A DNA stretch of 64,000 bases from a virus (IMGVR_UViG_3300021399_000125:1-64000); one strand, 5' to 3'; counted from the stretch's first letter, positions 1 through 10,320 are shown. A program made the numbers and translations. Notes: generated from the letters alone by a model not told the origin.

Positions 1-206
1 CCGCCGGCCATGTTGTACAGCAGCATCTGCAGCTTCGTCTTCGGCTTCGCCCCGGCGGAACGGCCTGCAAGCTTGGCAAGCAGGTGCTGAAGTTTGGTTA
101 CAGGCTTAGTACCGGGGGGGGTGACAGGACCGTCGTCTGGGATAAGCGGGATACCTGGGTCGATACCGGTAGTGGGACCCTTAGTGTTAACTGTTTGTTC
201 TTTCAT
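1..206 (-). CDS. 5' part of a paralog of the 2774..3700 protein (runs off window); putative structural/fibre protein
   Basis: ATG at 206 with GGAGG RBS; reads MKEQTVNTKGPTTGIDPG...TKPVTKLQHLLAKLAGRSAGAKPKTKLQMLLYNMAG; nt 1-125 nearly identical to 3495-3619. Confidence 0.8.
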   Translation of the reverse strand, partial: MKEQTVNTKGPTTGIDPGIPLIPDDGPVTPPGTKPVTKLQHLLAKLAGRSAGAKPKTKLQMLLYNMAG

Positions 207-365
207 ATATCCTCCGTTGTGTAAGTGCAAGATCCATGTGTTGACTCTGTTCTGCTGTTTTCCAGACTATAATCTTCTGCGGCCATATGCTATTCTATCT
301 GCTATTTATGTTGCAGAGGGATCAGTGACAGCAGCATGACAGCAAATTACAGAATCACCCTCAAA

Positions 366-1337
366 TCATTCCTTGTCAGATTTAGAGGCCACGTAGTCTG
401 TGTAACGCTTAGACATCACCAGCGCCCGCACAATGTTATACGGAAGATGGATATCGTCCGGGTCAACGCTGGCGTCGGTGCCGCCGTTGATGGCTCCGCA
501 GTCCATCAGCTGGCGGACCTCCGGCCGCACGTTGGCGTGGGGGATATCTCCAATATGGTCGACTTCAACGCCAAGGCGCTGGAGCAGCAGCTCATTAAGC
601 GCTTGCTTATGCAGCTCCAGCTGCTTATCGCTTGCCTTCTGAATCTCTTTTACGGCAGCAGTCAGCTTGGCGGCATACTGCTCGGTCAGCTTCTTTTCCT
701 GTGCAGCGAGCATCTGGTTCAGCTCGTCCTTCGTCACGTTGACTTCCTCCTCTTCTTTTAATTTAAGCCCGTAATACCGGGCAATCGTTTCCACCTCTGC
801 CTTGGCAAGCTTCCGCAGATTTGCGCTGGATTGCAGCCATTTCGTAGAGGTGTTGTTGCTGTGGAAGCTGTGCTCTAAGATGAGACCAGGCACGCCGACA
901 GCGGCAGCGCCGCGGATAACCCCGTAATAGTCCGCGTTCTTAGAGGAGTTCCACTTATAAAAAATCTGAGGCTTGCCATTAAGCCCCATAGTCTTGGTGA
1001 TAGTTTCCGCGAGATTTTGGGCGAGATCCTTGCACCGCCCATTGACGGGATAGATTACAACCGCCCGGTCGACAGACGGCGTCTCACACCAGTTGCTGTG
1101 GTCGCTGATAAACAGATTGCAGCCCTTGGCAGTTCTGCCTCTGGCCATCAGATCCAGGTCAGCCTCCTCCGTCTTCCTCGTAGTCACCACCGTGACGTCT
1201 TTGTACCGTTTAAACTCCTCAACCTGATAGAGGTGCAGTTCCCAGGCCATAAGAGATTCCCAGTAGGTCGGCGTCACATGTTTATTTGCGTTGTAATGGC
1301 CATAATGGCCTGCGTCGATACAGATTTTAAAAGCCAT
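366..1337 (-). CDS. N-acetylmuramoyl-L-alanine amidase (Amidase_3-type endolysin)
   Basis: ICIDAGH, E, ISDHSN and LILEHSFH zinc-amidase motifs; C-terminal coiled and cell-wall-binding-like region. Confidence 0.9.
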   Translation of the reverse strand: MAFKICIDAGHYGHYNANKHVTPTYWESLMAWELHLYQVEEFKRYKDVTVVTTRKTEEADLDLMARGRTAKGCNLFISDHSNWCETPSVDRAVVIYPVNGRCKDLAQNLAETITKTMGLNGKPQIFYKWNSSKNADYYGVIRGAAAVGVPGLILEHSFHSNNTSTKWLQSSANLRKLAKAEVETIARYYGLKLKEEEEVNVTKDELNQMLAAQEKKLTEQYAAKLTAAVKEIQKASDKQLELHKQALNELLLQRLGVEVDHIGDIPHANVRPEVRQLMDCGAINGGTDASVDPDDIHLPYNIVRALVMSKRYTDYVASKSDKE

Positions 1338-1470
1338 CTGGCATCTCCTTTGTGCTTGTCTGCTAATGATTGTGCTTGTTCTGGATTATCCTGATGTATA
1401 ATCGCAGGCACCTTTGATATGTTGTTCATGTTTTATCTCCTTTCGGAGATTTCATTTGCCTTACATACGG

Positions 1471-2634
1471 TTAGTAAATGTAAGTCGAAACCGCAACTTT
1501 ATACGCTTTTCTTGTGACCGCACTTCCAACAGCGTCTCCGAAACCATAATATGTAAGGAAAACTAAATAATTTGTGCCGTCGATCTGTTCACAATCTACT
1601 ACAAACACATACGGATAATTCGTTTGCGTCCACTTCATATAACCTTCAACGAAGTATCTATTGCTATTGTTTCCGGCATGTCTCTGTACTGCTACCTCAA
1701 TAATATTTCCAGCGTTATGAGCCGCTTTAATTTCTGCCAGTGTATGATTAGCAGTGCAAGTATTATCTGACTCGTCCTTTTTATCTGTGATTGCAAGTCT
1801 AAATACGTCAGCTCCACCGCTCGGGGCGTCAACCTTGTCCCATACACCGTTTGATACACCAAGCACCATTCCATCATCGTCAGCGGTTACCTCCGGGAGA
1901 AACTGACCAGCAATCATATCAGGAGAGATCAGGCGTTCCTCACCCGGCATCGAGATGCTGAAGACAGGCAGACTCTTCTGCCCTGTTTTACCTGCCATTT
2001 TCTCACAATAGAATCCGTTGCTAGTCCCGAAGGTAGTAACCGACACAACGATGGCGTACTCGCTGGATTCGCCCTCGTTGTACAGCTTCTCGACATACCA
2101 ATTATGTAGCTGTCCTATCTTGGCGGTCATATCCTCGTCAATTCCAAGCTCCGGGATGCTGACGTGCAGTGTAAGATTCTCATTGGGCACGAGCGTAATC
2201 ACAGCAGGGGAGACGTAGACAGGGCCTTCCTCTGTACATTGTGCGTTCTCGATCAGTGCTTCACCGGGAGCCACATATCCGATGCCGCTGTTCTTGATTG
2301 CGCTCTTGAGTACGTCACCGGACGCCGCGCCGCTCTCGATCTTGTCCAGCCTGGAGGAGATTCGCTCCAACAGCCGCTCGATCTTTGTCTTCGGCGTTAC
2401 TTTGGAGTTTCCGCCGGCAATTTTGTCGATCAGCCGCTCCAGCTTTGTTCTTGGTCTGATCTCATTTTTGACCTCTGTGTTTGTGCCGACATTTTGAGTC
2501 TGCTCATCGGTATTGCCTTTGCCAGGCTCTTTGCTATGCCCATCATCAACAGTCTTTCCCCCAATGGGCGTGTGGATATTTTCTGTTTCCGGCAAGCCAG
2601 ACCACGTGCCTTCATGATATTCCTCGGTAGGCAT
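1471..2634 (-). CDS. hypothetical, probable virion/fibre-like protein
   Basis: 387 aa; twin TKLERL motifs resemble the TKLQHLL/TKLQMLL motifs of its neighbours; LPEVTADDDGMVLGVSNGVW fibre-type linker; AT-rich C-terminal module. Confidence 0.55.
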   Translation of the reverse strand: MPTEEYHEGTWSGLPETENIHTPIGGKTVDDGHSKEPGKGNTDEQTQNVGTNTEVKNEIRPRTKLERLIDKIAGGNSKVTPKTKIERLLERISSRLDKIESGAASGDVLKSAIKNSGIGYVAPGEALIENAQCTEEGPVYVSPAVITLVPNENLTLHVSIPELGIDEDMTAKIGQLHNWYVEKLYNEGESSEYAIVVSVTTFGTSNGFYCEKMAGKTGQKSLPVFSISMPGEERLISPDMIAGQFLPEVTADDDGMVLGVSNGVWDKVDAPSGGADVFRLAITDKKDESDNTCTANHTLAEIKAAHNAGNIIEVAVQRHAGNNSNRYFVEGYMKWTQTNYPYVFVVDCEQIDGTNYLVFLTYYGFGDAVGSAVTRKAYKVAVSTYIY

Positions 2635-2773
2635 TGTTCCCTCCTATAAAAATAAAAGTATCGCCAGGCACATGCCGGCGTATGATGTTTTGCCGTTATA
2701 GGCTCCCGTGATACCCAATGCAGTTTTCACATTTTCAAGCATTGCCAATGATTTCCTTTTCGTACCTCGCTTT

Positions 2774-3700
2774 TTATGATGTTCTGGAAATGGTAATTGT
2801 AGCCGTGTTATGTACGCCTGTGCTGATGCCCTCATCTATCGCAAGATACCTAAGATTTGTATTTTCAGCGTTATAAATACGTGTTGCCTTTAAGCCACCT
2901 TCATTTAGCGTTGCCGTAAATGTTCCTTCGAGTCCAAATCCTTCCATTCTGAAATATTGGTTTGAAAGATTACTGCTTAGGATTGTCCCGTCTTTTGCTT
3001 TTATGATAGTTAGCGGTACTTTAATATCTGTACTTTTGCCACCCAGTAGTGGTGTGGCAGTTGTAGCAGTAAAATACGTTTGTCCGTTGATTTCAGCTTC
3101 ATATAAACAACCGTCTAATATGTTAAGATTAAGCCCGGAATTATTTACTATCGTAAGTGTTCCAAGCGGATATTGAGGTATTTCAACTTCTACGCTTGCC
3201 TTTTCCGTAACGTCATAAGTTCCGTTTTCGGTAATAGTGATGCTTCCGCTTGATGGGTTCGGAACATTTACTTCAGCACTTGCCTTTTCCGTAACGTTGT
3301 AAGTACCGTTTTCGGTAATTGTAATACTGCCGCTTGAAGGATTCGGGACGTTTACCTTAGCGTTTGCAAATTTCGCAACGTTATATGTTCCGTTCTTAGT
3401 AATCGTCTTCGTTCCGCCGGGGACAGTGATGCCGGCGTCAATGACGTCCATGATCAGCTGCTCGTCCTTTGTCGCCGGCTTCACGTCCAGGTCTCCGCCG
3501 GCCATGTTGTACAGCAGCATCTGCAGCTTCGTCTTCGGCTTCGCCCCGGCGGAACGGCCTGCAAGCTTGGCAAGCAGGTGCTGAAGCTTGGTTACAGGCT
3601 TAGTACCGGGGGGGGTGACGGGATCGTCGTCAATGGGGTGAAACGGGACGGCCGGGACGCCTGGGTCGAAAGCCGTTGTGTTAACTGTTTGTTCTTTCAT
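2774..3700 (-). CDS. putative tail fibre/virion decoration protein with internal repeats
   Basis: 308 aa; three ~28-aa repeats (ITENGTYNVTEKASAEVNVPNPSSGS); AT-rich C-terminal half. Confidence 0.6.
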   Translation of the reverse strand: MKEQTVNTTAFDPGVPAVPFHPIDDDPVTPPGTKPVTKLQHLLAKLAGRSAGAKPKTKLQMLLYNMAGGDLDVKPATKDEQLIMDVIDAGITVPGGTKTITKNGTYNVAKFANAKVNVPNPSSGSITITENGTYNVTEKASAEVNVPNPSSGSITITENGTYDVTEKASVEVEIPQYPLGTLTIVNNSGLNLNILDGCLYEAEINGQTYFTATTATPLLGGKSTDIKVPLTIIKAKDGTILSSNLSNQYFRMEGFGLEGTFTATLNEGGLKATRIYNAENTNLRYLAIDEGISTGVHNTATITISRTS

Positions 3701-3745
3701 ATATCCTCCATTTGATAAGCACTTATAATCTGCAAAAAGTAGAGT

Positions 3746-3985
3746 TCAGCAGGTCGCAAGAGTCGCTGCGCCAAGTTCACATTCCAAAAAGGATAAATTG
3801 TTTGTCGTGGCATACCCTGCCTTCCGCAGGTACCCGCAGATGTCCTCCGTCAGCAGCTCTCTCTGCAAAATGAAGACGTAGATGCCCGCAGAATCCATTT
3901 TGCCGACCTGAACGAATCCGTGTTCAGACAGATAATCGCTGTCTTTTTCTGAAAAGACATACAGGAATTTCTTGTACTGCATCAT
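3746..3985 (-). CDS. small hypothetical protein downstream of portal
   Basis: 79-aa ORF starting immediately after the portal stop. Confidence 0.6.
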   Translation of the reverse strand: MMQYKKFLYVFSEKDSDYLSEHGFVQVGKMDSAGIYVFILQRELLTEDICGYLRKAGYATTNNLSFLECELGAATLATC

Positions 3986-3986
3986 A

Positions 3987-5507
3987 TCAGCCCCAATCGT
4001 CTCCGTCTTCAGCCGTCTGCTCTCCGGAGTCTGTCAGCTCGCTGATATCCTTCTTCGGGGCGCCGCCCTCGTCTGTGGCAGCCTCGGACTCCAGATCTGC
4101 AGAGCTCATCTGTGTAGAGCTTTGCAGCGGCCTGAACATATCCTGCAGCCCAAGCACATTTGTTTCCAGGAAGCTCATGCAATCCAGCTCCGCCTGGCCG
4201 AGACCCTGAGATGCGGAGTACAAGCTGATCGTCGGAAGTCCATAGGTAGCAGCCTTCAGATAAGCGTCCCCGAGCTCCTTCCGATTGAACGGGCTGCAGT
4301 CAAGGAACGTTACCTTGAAATACTTCCCGTAGCTGAAGCTCTGGATATATCTGTTCACCATGTCCTCAATGCTCTTTACGATGCCGAATGTGATACTCTG
4401 GTCAACCTTGATGGAAAGCAGCAATGCGTTTGCAGAGGCCTTCGCGTTGTTGAACAGCAGCGAAGACACGCCAGCTGCCGTGAACAGATTCTGTTCTGCC
4501 TCGGTCACGGTGTCATTGTCGTTTGCGCTGGACTTCTCAAAGCTGATCTTGTTGATGTCCATCGGGGTCAGAACAGATCCAACCTCGTCAGGCATCACAC
4601 TGTCAAGATTCCGCCAGAAATCAACTGCCTTCGGATAGTCTATAATCCAGTCCCCGTCGTCGGTCATCGGCAGCTTCATTGCCAGCAACGCGTAGTTCTC
4701 GATCTGCTCCTTCGTCAGCTTTAACTCTTTGTAGTCCTCAATGTCGTAAATCTCCCGCAGAATGCCGGAGAATGGAGGGATCGCATATTCCAGAATATCC
4801 GTGTTTGCCTTGATCGCAAACGAAGTAGGGGAGTCCAATTCAATCCACTGCTGCTTGATCTTCCCCTCCTTGTACAGCTGATACTTCTTCTGGAACTCCT
4901 GTGGGTAGAGGGGAAGCAGATGCGGACGGATGGAGAAGTACTGGAAGTCAAAGGCCACGTTGAATACGTTGCCCTCAATAGAACAGATCTTGCAGTAGTC
5001 ACTCGGCAGCTGCTGAATGGTGATCCCGTCCTTGCTCCTCCAAATAGTGCCATAGAATACGTCCTCTCGCAGGCACACAGTCAGGATCTTCGGGAACTGC
5101 GTCCGCACGCTCATAATAGACATCGTGTCCAGAACCTTGCGATAATTCAGGTTGGTAGTCCTCTGATTTGCGGTCTTCGGGTCGATCCGATAGGGGGAGA
5201 CAATATACGACAGGTCAGACAGGCCGACGAAATAATTGATCAGACGCCTGAAGTGCGGGCTTGCCCCATACAGATATCGCACAGCGTTGCGGAGCTGCTT
5301 CTCGTTTCTGTATGGATCATTGAGGAACTCCGCAATTTCAGACTTGGAGTAGCGATAAAAGGACGGCGCGTCCCGCCGGCTGTTTGGATCTCTTGTTATC
5401 AGCTTGTTCAGAATCGCAAACCGACTTGTAATTGCAATTCCGTTTTCAAAATTCACAGGCTTCGCATCTGCCTGCTTACCAGTGACGGGTGTCTTTTCTT
5501 CTTCCAG
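3987..5507 (-). CDS. phage portal protein (SPbeta-like)
   Basis: ~506 aa directly downstream of terminase; acidic C-terminal GGAP..D tail typical of portals; AAAGGAGG RBS points to a CTG start at 5507. Confidence 0.75.
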   Translation of the reverse strand: MEEEKTPVTGKQADAKPVNFENGIAITSRFAILNKLITRDPNSRRDAPSFYRYSKSEIAEFLNDPYRNEKQLRNAVRYLYGASPHFRRLINYFVGLSDLSYIVSPYRIDPKTANQRTTNLNYRKVLDTMSIMSVRTQFPKILTVCLREDVFYGTIWRSKDGITIQQLPSDYCKICSIEGNVFNVAFDFQYFSIRPHLLPLYPQEFQKKYQLYKEGKIKQQWIELDSPTSFAIKANTDILEYAIPPFSGILREIYDIEDYKELKLTKEQIENYALLAMKLPMTDDGDWIIDYPKAVDFWRNLDSVMPDEVGSVLTPMDINKISFEKSSANDNDTVTEAEQNLFTAAGVSSLLFNNAKASANALLLSIKVDQSITFGIVKSIEDMVNRYIQSFSYGKYFKVTFLDCSPFNRKELGDAYLKAATYGLPTISLYSASQGLGQAELDCMSFLETNVLGLQDMFRPLQSSTQMSSADLESEAATDEGGAPKKDISELTDSGEQTAEDGDDWG

Positions 5508-6155
5508 ACAAACTCGCCTCCTTTCCACTGTTAATCTTCGGTGCTCTGAAAACAAAGCTTTCCCGCTGGTTCCGGTCTCGGATCGGACGTCGGTTCAGCC
5601 TCGCCTCCAGTTGTGTTGCTACGTAGTAGCTGTAACTAAGGCTGGAATAGCGGTCCTTCCGCATACCTGCCCGTTCGTGAATCTTGATCTTGCCGCCGGA
5701 CTCCTCGTGCTTCAGCCGCACCAGCTCGTCGATCAAGAGCGTTGTGTTGACGTATGGGAGAAGTACCTTTGTCTTCTCCAAATCAGAGAGCTTCCCAAAC
5801 GCAGGACACTCCTCGTTCAAGATCCTCTCCGCGTCATACTCGTTTACAAGTAAGCGGATCTTCCCGGATCGGAACCCCTCCCGCAGCAGCACCGCGCAGT
5901 CAGAGTTCATCTGGGCACTGGCCTTCACCGACCAGATTGCCTTCTCAGCCCCTTGTGATTTGCATCTTGCAGCCATCTCACTGTCGTTGCAGCAAGACAA
6001 CGCAGGATAAATTTCTCCGGTTTCCGGATCGGAGATATCTCTAGCCAAGCAATCAAACACACCAAGACCTATACCATTCGAGTCCAGCACGATGTAATCA
6101 CACCGGAACTCGTCGTATAACTTGCGTATTAAAAGAGCTTCATCCTCCGTGTGGA
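5476..6155 (-). CDS. terL: terminase large subunit, exon 3 (nuclease domain)
   Basis: DYIVLDSNGIG and KDRYSS RNase-H-like motifs; joins exon 2 in frame as N-E-G-F-H-T-E-D. Confidence 0.85.
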
Positions 6156-6278
6156 CCGTTCTGTTTGACAATCAAACTTACTGATTCTTCGCGCCCCGTT
6201 TCGTCGAAACTACTCCGGTTTGTATGGCGCTCCACAGCTTCATGGCGGAACGACGCCCTAAGACCGCAGTCTCTCAAA
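6156..6278 (-). ncRNA. putative omega-RNA scaffold of TnpB at the IStron 3' end
   Basis: Non-coding segment between the tnpB stop and the element end/3' splice site, the established position of omega-RNA; boundaries inferred. Confidence 0.5.
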
Positions 6279-7418
6279 TCAGGCTGCGTATCTCATCAGG
6301 TTAATTGCGGCGTTGTAATCGCGGTCGATTGTGAGCCCGCATTCCTGGCAGTGATAAACCCGGTCGCTGAGCTTCAGATCGCGCTTGACACAGCCGCAGC
6401 AGGAACAGGTTTTACTGCTTGGATAAAACCGATCTGCGGTAACGAGTCTGATTCCATTCCACTCAGCCTTGTACTGGATCTGTCGCAGGAATTCACCGAA
6501 GCACTGCTCCTGAACCGCCTTTGCCAGATGATGATTTGACATCATGCCGGTGACGTTCAGATCCTCGACCGTAATACTGCATGGGAGCCTGGAAATCAGC
6601 TCGTGTGTAACCTGATGTAAATAGTTATTGCGAATACCGCGTTGGCGACGGAAGAGCGCTCGAAGTTTCTCTTCTTTGCGCTCGATGTTGTTGGTCTTTA
6701 CATAACAGACTCCGCGCTTATTCGCCTCGTATTTCCGGGAGATCGTGCGCTGGGTGTGCTTAATCTTCCGTTCAAGCTTGCGCATCTTTGCGGACTTGTT
6801 GATGTTATGATAGACCAGCCCCTCGCTGCCGAATGCAACGGTCGCCAGCTCTTTTACCCCAAGATCGATGCCCATTGGGATGTCTGTCAATTCGGGTGCT
6901 TGGCTCTCACACTCCATATTGAATGACAAAAACCACTTGGGTGCGTCGTAGGAGATCCGAACATTGTAGTACTTGCTACGCTCGTCGGATTTCTCTGGGA
7001 AGGTAAAGTCGGATTTGAATTTGACCTTCCCGAGCTTTTGGATTTGGCAGGTGGAACCTGAAAAGTAAAATCGGTCGGTGCGTACCGGATAATTCGACTT
7101 ACTTCTCTTCCTGCTTTTAAATTTTGGATGTTTGGAAGTTCCATTGAAAAAGCGCTTATACGCCTTATCGAGGTCCCGGCAGACGATTTGCAGACTTGTA
7201 CTCGAAACTTCATATAACCAACCATGTTCGCCGTCATTCTTCAGCGGTTTTAACATGTTGATCATGTCAAAAGCGCCAAGATATTTGCCGCCCGCTTCGT
7301 AGTTCTTCTGCTGATAATCCAGCATCCAGTTCCACACATACCGGCAAGCGCCGATATGCTGCCAAATCTTTTGCTCCTGTTCTTTCGTGGGATAAATTCG
7401 GATTCGATAACCTCTCAT
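6279..7418 (-). CDS. tnpB: RNA-guided endonuclease TnpB
   Basis: N-terminal YRIRIYPTKEQ; RuvC GIDLG, VEDL, DRDYNAAINL all intact; zinc finger CSCCG...CQECG. Confidence 0.95.
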   Translation of the reverse strand: MRGYRIRIYPTKEQEQKIWQHIGACRYVWNWMLDYQQKNYEAGGKYLGAFDMINMLKPLKNDGEHGWLYEVSSTSLQIVCRDLDKAYKRFFNGTSKHPKFKSRKRSKSNYPVRTDRFYFSGSTCQIQKLGKVKFKSDFTFPEKSDERSKYYNVRISYDAPKWFLSFNMECESQAPELTDIPMGIDLGVKELATVAFGSEGLVYHNINKSAKMRKLERKIKHTQRTISRKYEANKRGVCYVKTNNIERKEEKLRALFRRQRGIRNNYLHQVTHELISRLPCSITVEDLNVTGMMSNHHLAKAVQEQCFGEFLRQIQYKAEWNGIRLVTADRFYPSSKTCSCCGCVKRDLKLSDRVYHCQECGLTIDRDYNAAINLMRYAA

Positions 7419-7859
7419 CGCTGTGATACCTCCTTTCTCAAGGAGGCGTTATTCAGTAAGTTTCAGGACGCTACTCCTTGTCAGTACATTTGTACTCTCT
7501 GCCTTTCGACAGAAGCGCAGACTATATCTTCATCCCGTAGGATGCCTACCACTTCGGATTGCCAATCGCTTGCAATCCTACTCCCTTGAGGGATAGTCGT
7601 TGAACCTTCCGCTGTTCGCGGCTTGGCTGCTGATTGCCCGTTGAAAAGTGTTTAGGATTTAACCATGCACCATCTCACAGCTTCTTTCTGCTTTCGCCGC
7701 CGTCGCACTTGCCCGTATTTCATGGCTATGCTGTGGCGCTGTGAGCTTTGGGGTGTTCCAGCAATTCAGTAGGTTGTTTTTCGAACACCTTTCGGTGAAC
7801 GGGGACCAGTAGATGATGCTTCTAATCATCTGCCCTTGGCAAGATTTGCATCATGACTA

Positions 7860-8167
7860 ATCCCTCGTTTGCCTCGCAGTATATAATATTGTTTGTGTAC
7901 CGGCCTGACTTGGTCGGCATCAGCTGGTTGACAAAAATAGACGTCGCGTCGTTCTTGTTCTTCTTGCTGGACATCAGCGCAATATCCGCAGAAAGGATCC
8001 TGATCTCTCCGTTTTGTTTCGGAGTGATCTGTACTAGCTTGCTGTTCCCAAGCTTTGCCGCCAGCTCTGCCGGCATCATCGGGAATCGAATATGTCTATT
8101 TTTTGCTACAGTAGAATACTCAAAGAACGATCCTGAGCCGACGCCCCAGAAGAGCGCTCCCATTTCC
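7860..8167 (-). CDS. terL: terminase large subunit, exon 2
   Basis: EMGALFWG...RILSADIA...YCEANEG between the two introns; the three exons total 1794 nt (597 aa). Confidence 0.8.
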
Positions 8168-8468
8168 TAATTGATACCCCTGCTTTCGCAGAACTTTATT
8201 GGGTTTAGACTATATCATGACGGCCGAAGCCGCCCCCACTGCTTCCACCGGTGCTTATCTCCGGTGTACTCTACTCGGTTCACAATCGTGCCTTTCGATA
8301 GTCGTTGCACCTTATTGATCAGTTGTGTATTTGAAATGTTCAGCTGATCAATCTTGGCACAGGGTTGTCTTATGTAGATACACTTAGAGTTTCCCTGTTA
8401 GCACTGCATTACGCAGTACCCCCTGTAAGCAACAAGGTTCAATGGGTTTAAGGAGCACAGAAATGTTT
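8168..8468 (-). ncRNA. ORF-less group I intron in terL
   Basis: P1 GGAGCAU/GUGCUCC with U.G at the 5' splice site; CTAACAGGGAA, AACCCTGTGCC, GCAACGACTA, ATGATATAGTCT core elements; P9 CTGC-GAAA-GCAG. Confidence 0.85.
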
Positions 8469-9274
8469 ATGCTCCACTTGATTTCCGTGAAGTCAGACCC
8501 TGACTTCTGTTCCTGGACCGTCTCTTCACTGAGCAGCCCTTCCTTTAAAGCCAGCTGATAGGGGAGACCGCATATAAACGATTTTCCCCCGGCAAGCATC
8601 GACTTGCATGCATCTGTACACTTTTCATACAACCAGTGATCCTGGAAATAAGCAGAACTGAGCCAAAGCATCTTGTTCAGCTCTTTCTTGCGCTGCGCAG
8701 ACTTCTCCTCGTCGTTCAACTCAGAATAGTCCGGAGACCGTTCCTGCGACAGGAAATATTTCAAGATCGTATCAATGGTGTCTTTATTCACAAGCCGTGC
8801 CTCATCGATAATTAAGATGTTGGCACGGTTGCCTCTCGCTGACTCACCGGCCGTAACAACCTTGATGGTGGACCCGTTCTTGAAAGCGATCCATGCCTCT
8901 GTCCCGTTCATTTTAGAAGCCTTATCGTCAATCTCGCAAGCAAGCTCCGGAGATCTAGGGCGCAGCTCCAGCGTAATCTTTTGCAGGATGTTGAGCGCCT
9001 GTCCTCGCGTTGACGACACCACAACGATCTTGGACCCCGGGTATAAAATCGCCCGCATACAGCAGAACACAGACGTCAGAAACGACTTGCCCTGGCCTCG
9101 CGAGGCGATATAGACAAAGGTCATGCTGATGTTCATCATCACGATCAGCAGCTTCTGGAACAGGCGCAGATGGATGTGCAGATAGTCCTCTACAAACCGG
9201 TGAGGATTTGCCCTGTAGAATCCGGCCCATACAGCGGCGCCGGTCAATATCTTGTCATATCTGGCCTGCGTCAT
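8469..9274 (-). CDS. terL: terminase large subunit, exon 1 (ATPase domain)
   Basis: Walker A ASRGQGKS, ARGNRAN, Walker B ILIIDE. Confidence 0.9.
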
Positions 9275-10320
9275 AGCGGGTCACCCGCAGTGTTACCAAA
9301 GATATCGTTAAACATATCCTCATCTACGACTGCATCCTCATCCAGACCGAACTCTTCTTTCTTCTCTGCCATGGCGTCCTCATACATCTTGCAGTATGTA
9401 TTCCGGATGCCAAGCATCTTGCACAGGTGGCCGAGGAACCAGGTGGTGATATACTTTACAACGCCGTCGAAATCCTGCAGCTCAGGGTCCGGTTCCGGGA
9501 CAGGCCTCTTTTCCTCCCATCTGGCGACCCATACGCCCATAGGCGTGCGTTCTGCTTCAGACTCGCCGATATCCTTCTGCTGGTCAGGTTTCAGCTTTAA
9601 TGAACCTAGTACCGTGTTCAGGGCAGAGACACTCTTTTCAATACTCTTGCCGGCAAGCCGGTCGCGGTTGATATCCAGCTCCAGGCAGCAGCCGTTGCGG
9701 ATCAAAATCTCCATGCCCATGTCCACGTTGGTGCCGTCCGGCAGCCGGCTCATCCAGTAGTGCCGGCGCTGCTCCAGCTCCCGGTACATCGCAGGTGTGT
9801 AGCCCGGACCCCAGAAGGCAACAATTTCAGGATCCACCGGCTCCTCGTCTTCTTCCGGCGCTGCGCTCTCAGTCTGTGGCAGCGCTCGTGCTACCTCGCC
9901 GCGCTTGCCTGCCTTATTCTCTTCGTCAATCGTGTCGTCGAAAGACTTGTCGATGTAGCGGATCAGATTTGCCTTGCCAACGTATGTCCGCACTCTTGAG
10001 TGCTTGACTGAGGTCTTCTCCACCATGTCGTAGATGCTGTCCGACCAATAGAGATCCATCTTCATACAGATTCTCCGCATGGCCTCGCGCTCGCTGCCGA
10101 GCGATTCTACATATTGGTCAAACATCGTGTCCACGCACTTGTTACACATGGGCACATGGCCAATGCCTCTGTACATCGCGCTGTGTGAAGTTGAGAAGTT
10201 GCCCTTCCACGTCCCATATGCCGTGCCGCATCTGGAGCAGATGGTCTTCTCCGGCGCCACAAAAACCGGAGTCTCCTCCGGTTTCTTTTCAAGGCGCTTG
10301 CGTTTCGGCAATGAGGACAT
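9271..10320 (-). CDS. putative terminase small subunit / Zn-finger protein
   Basis: 349 aa, CSRC and CNKC motifs; overlaps the terL start; call rests mainly on position. Confidence 0.55.
   Translation of the reverse strand: MSSLPKRKRLEKKPEETPVFVAPEKTICSRCGTAYGTWKGNFSTSHSAMYRGIGHVPMCNKCVDTMFDQYVESLGSEREAMRRICMKMDLYWSDSIYDMVEKTSVKHSRVRTYVGKANLIRYIDKSFDDTIDEENKAGKRGEVARALPQTESAAPEEDEEPVDPEIVAFWGPGYTPAMYRELEQRRHYWMSRLPDGTNVDMGMEILIRNGCCLELDINRDRLAGKSIEKSVSALNTVLGSLKLKPDQQKDIGESEAERTPMGVWVARWEEKRPVPEPDPELQDFDGVVKYITTWFLGHLCKMLGIRNTYCKMYEDAMAEKKEEFGLDEDAVVDEDMFNDIFGNTAGDPL

Larger units (their letters stand above)
6156..7859 (-). mobile_element. IStron: group I intron fused to an IS200/605/607-type tnpB, non-autonomous (no tnpA)
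   Basis: Intron core on minus strand: AATTGCTGGAA, AATCAGCAGCC, GTTCAACGACTA, AAGATATAGTCT; P1 pairs exon AACGAGGGAU with GUCCCCGUU with U.G at the splice site; ends in G at 6156; removal restores the terL frame. Confidence 0.85.

Noticed and set aside
1-3700. 1-125 / 3495-3619 duplication as a DGR template/variable pair
   Set aside because: Both copies are N-terminal coding regions with their own RBS; differences are not adenine-restricted
5476-9274. Terminase as three genes or a pseudogene
   Set aside because: Both gaps contain group I intron cores and their removal gives one 597-aa frame, subject to the 1-nt caveat at 8167/8168
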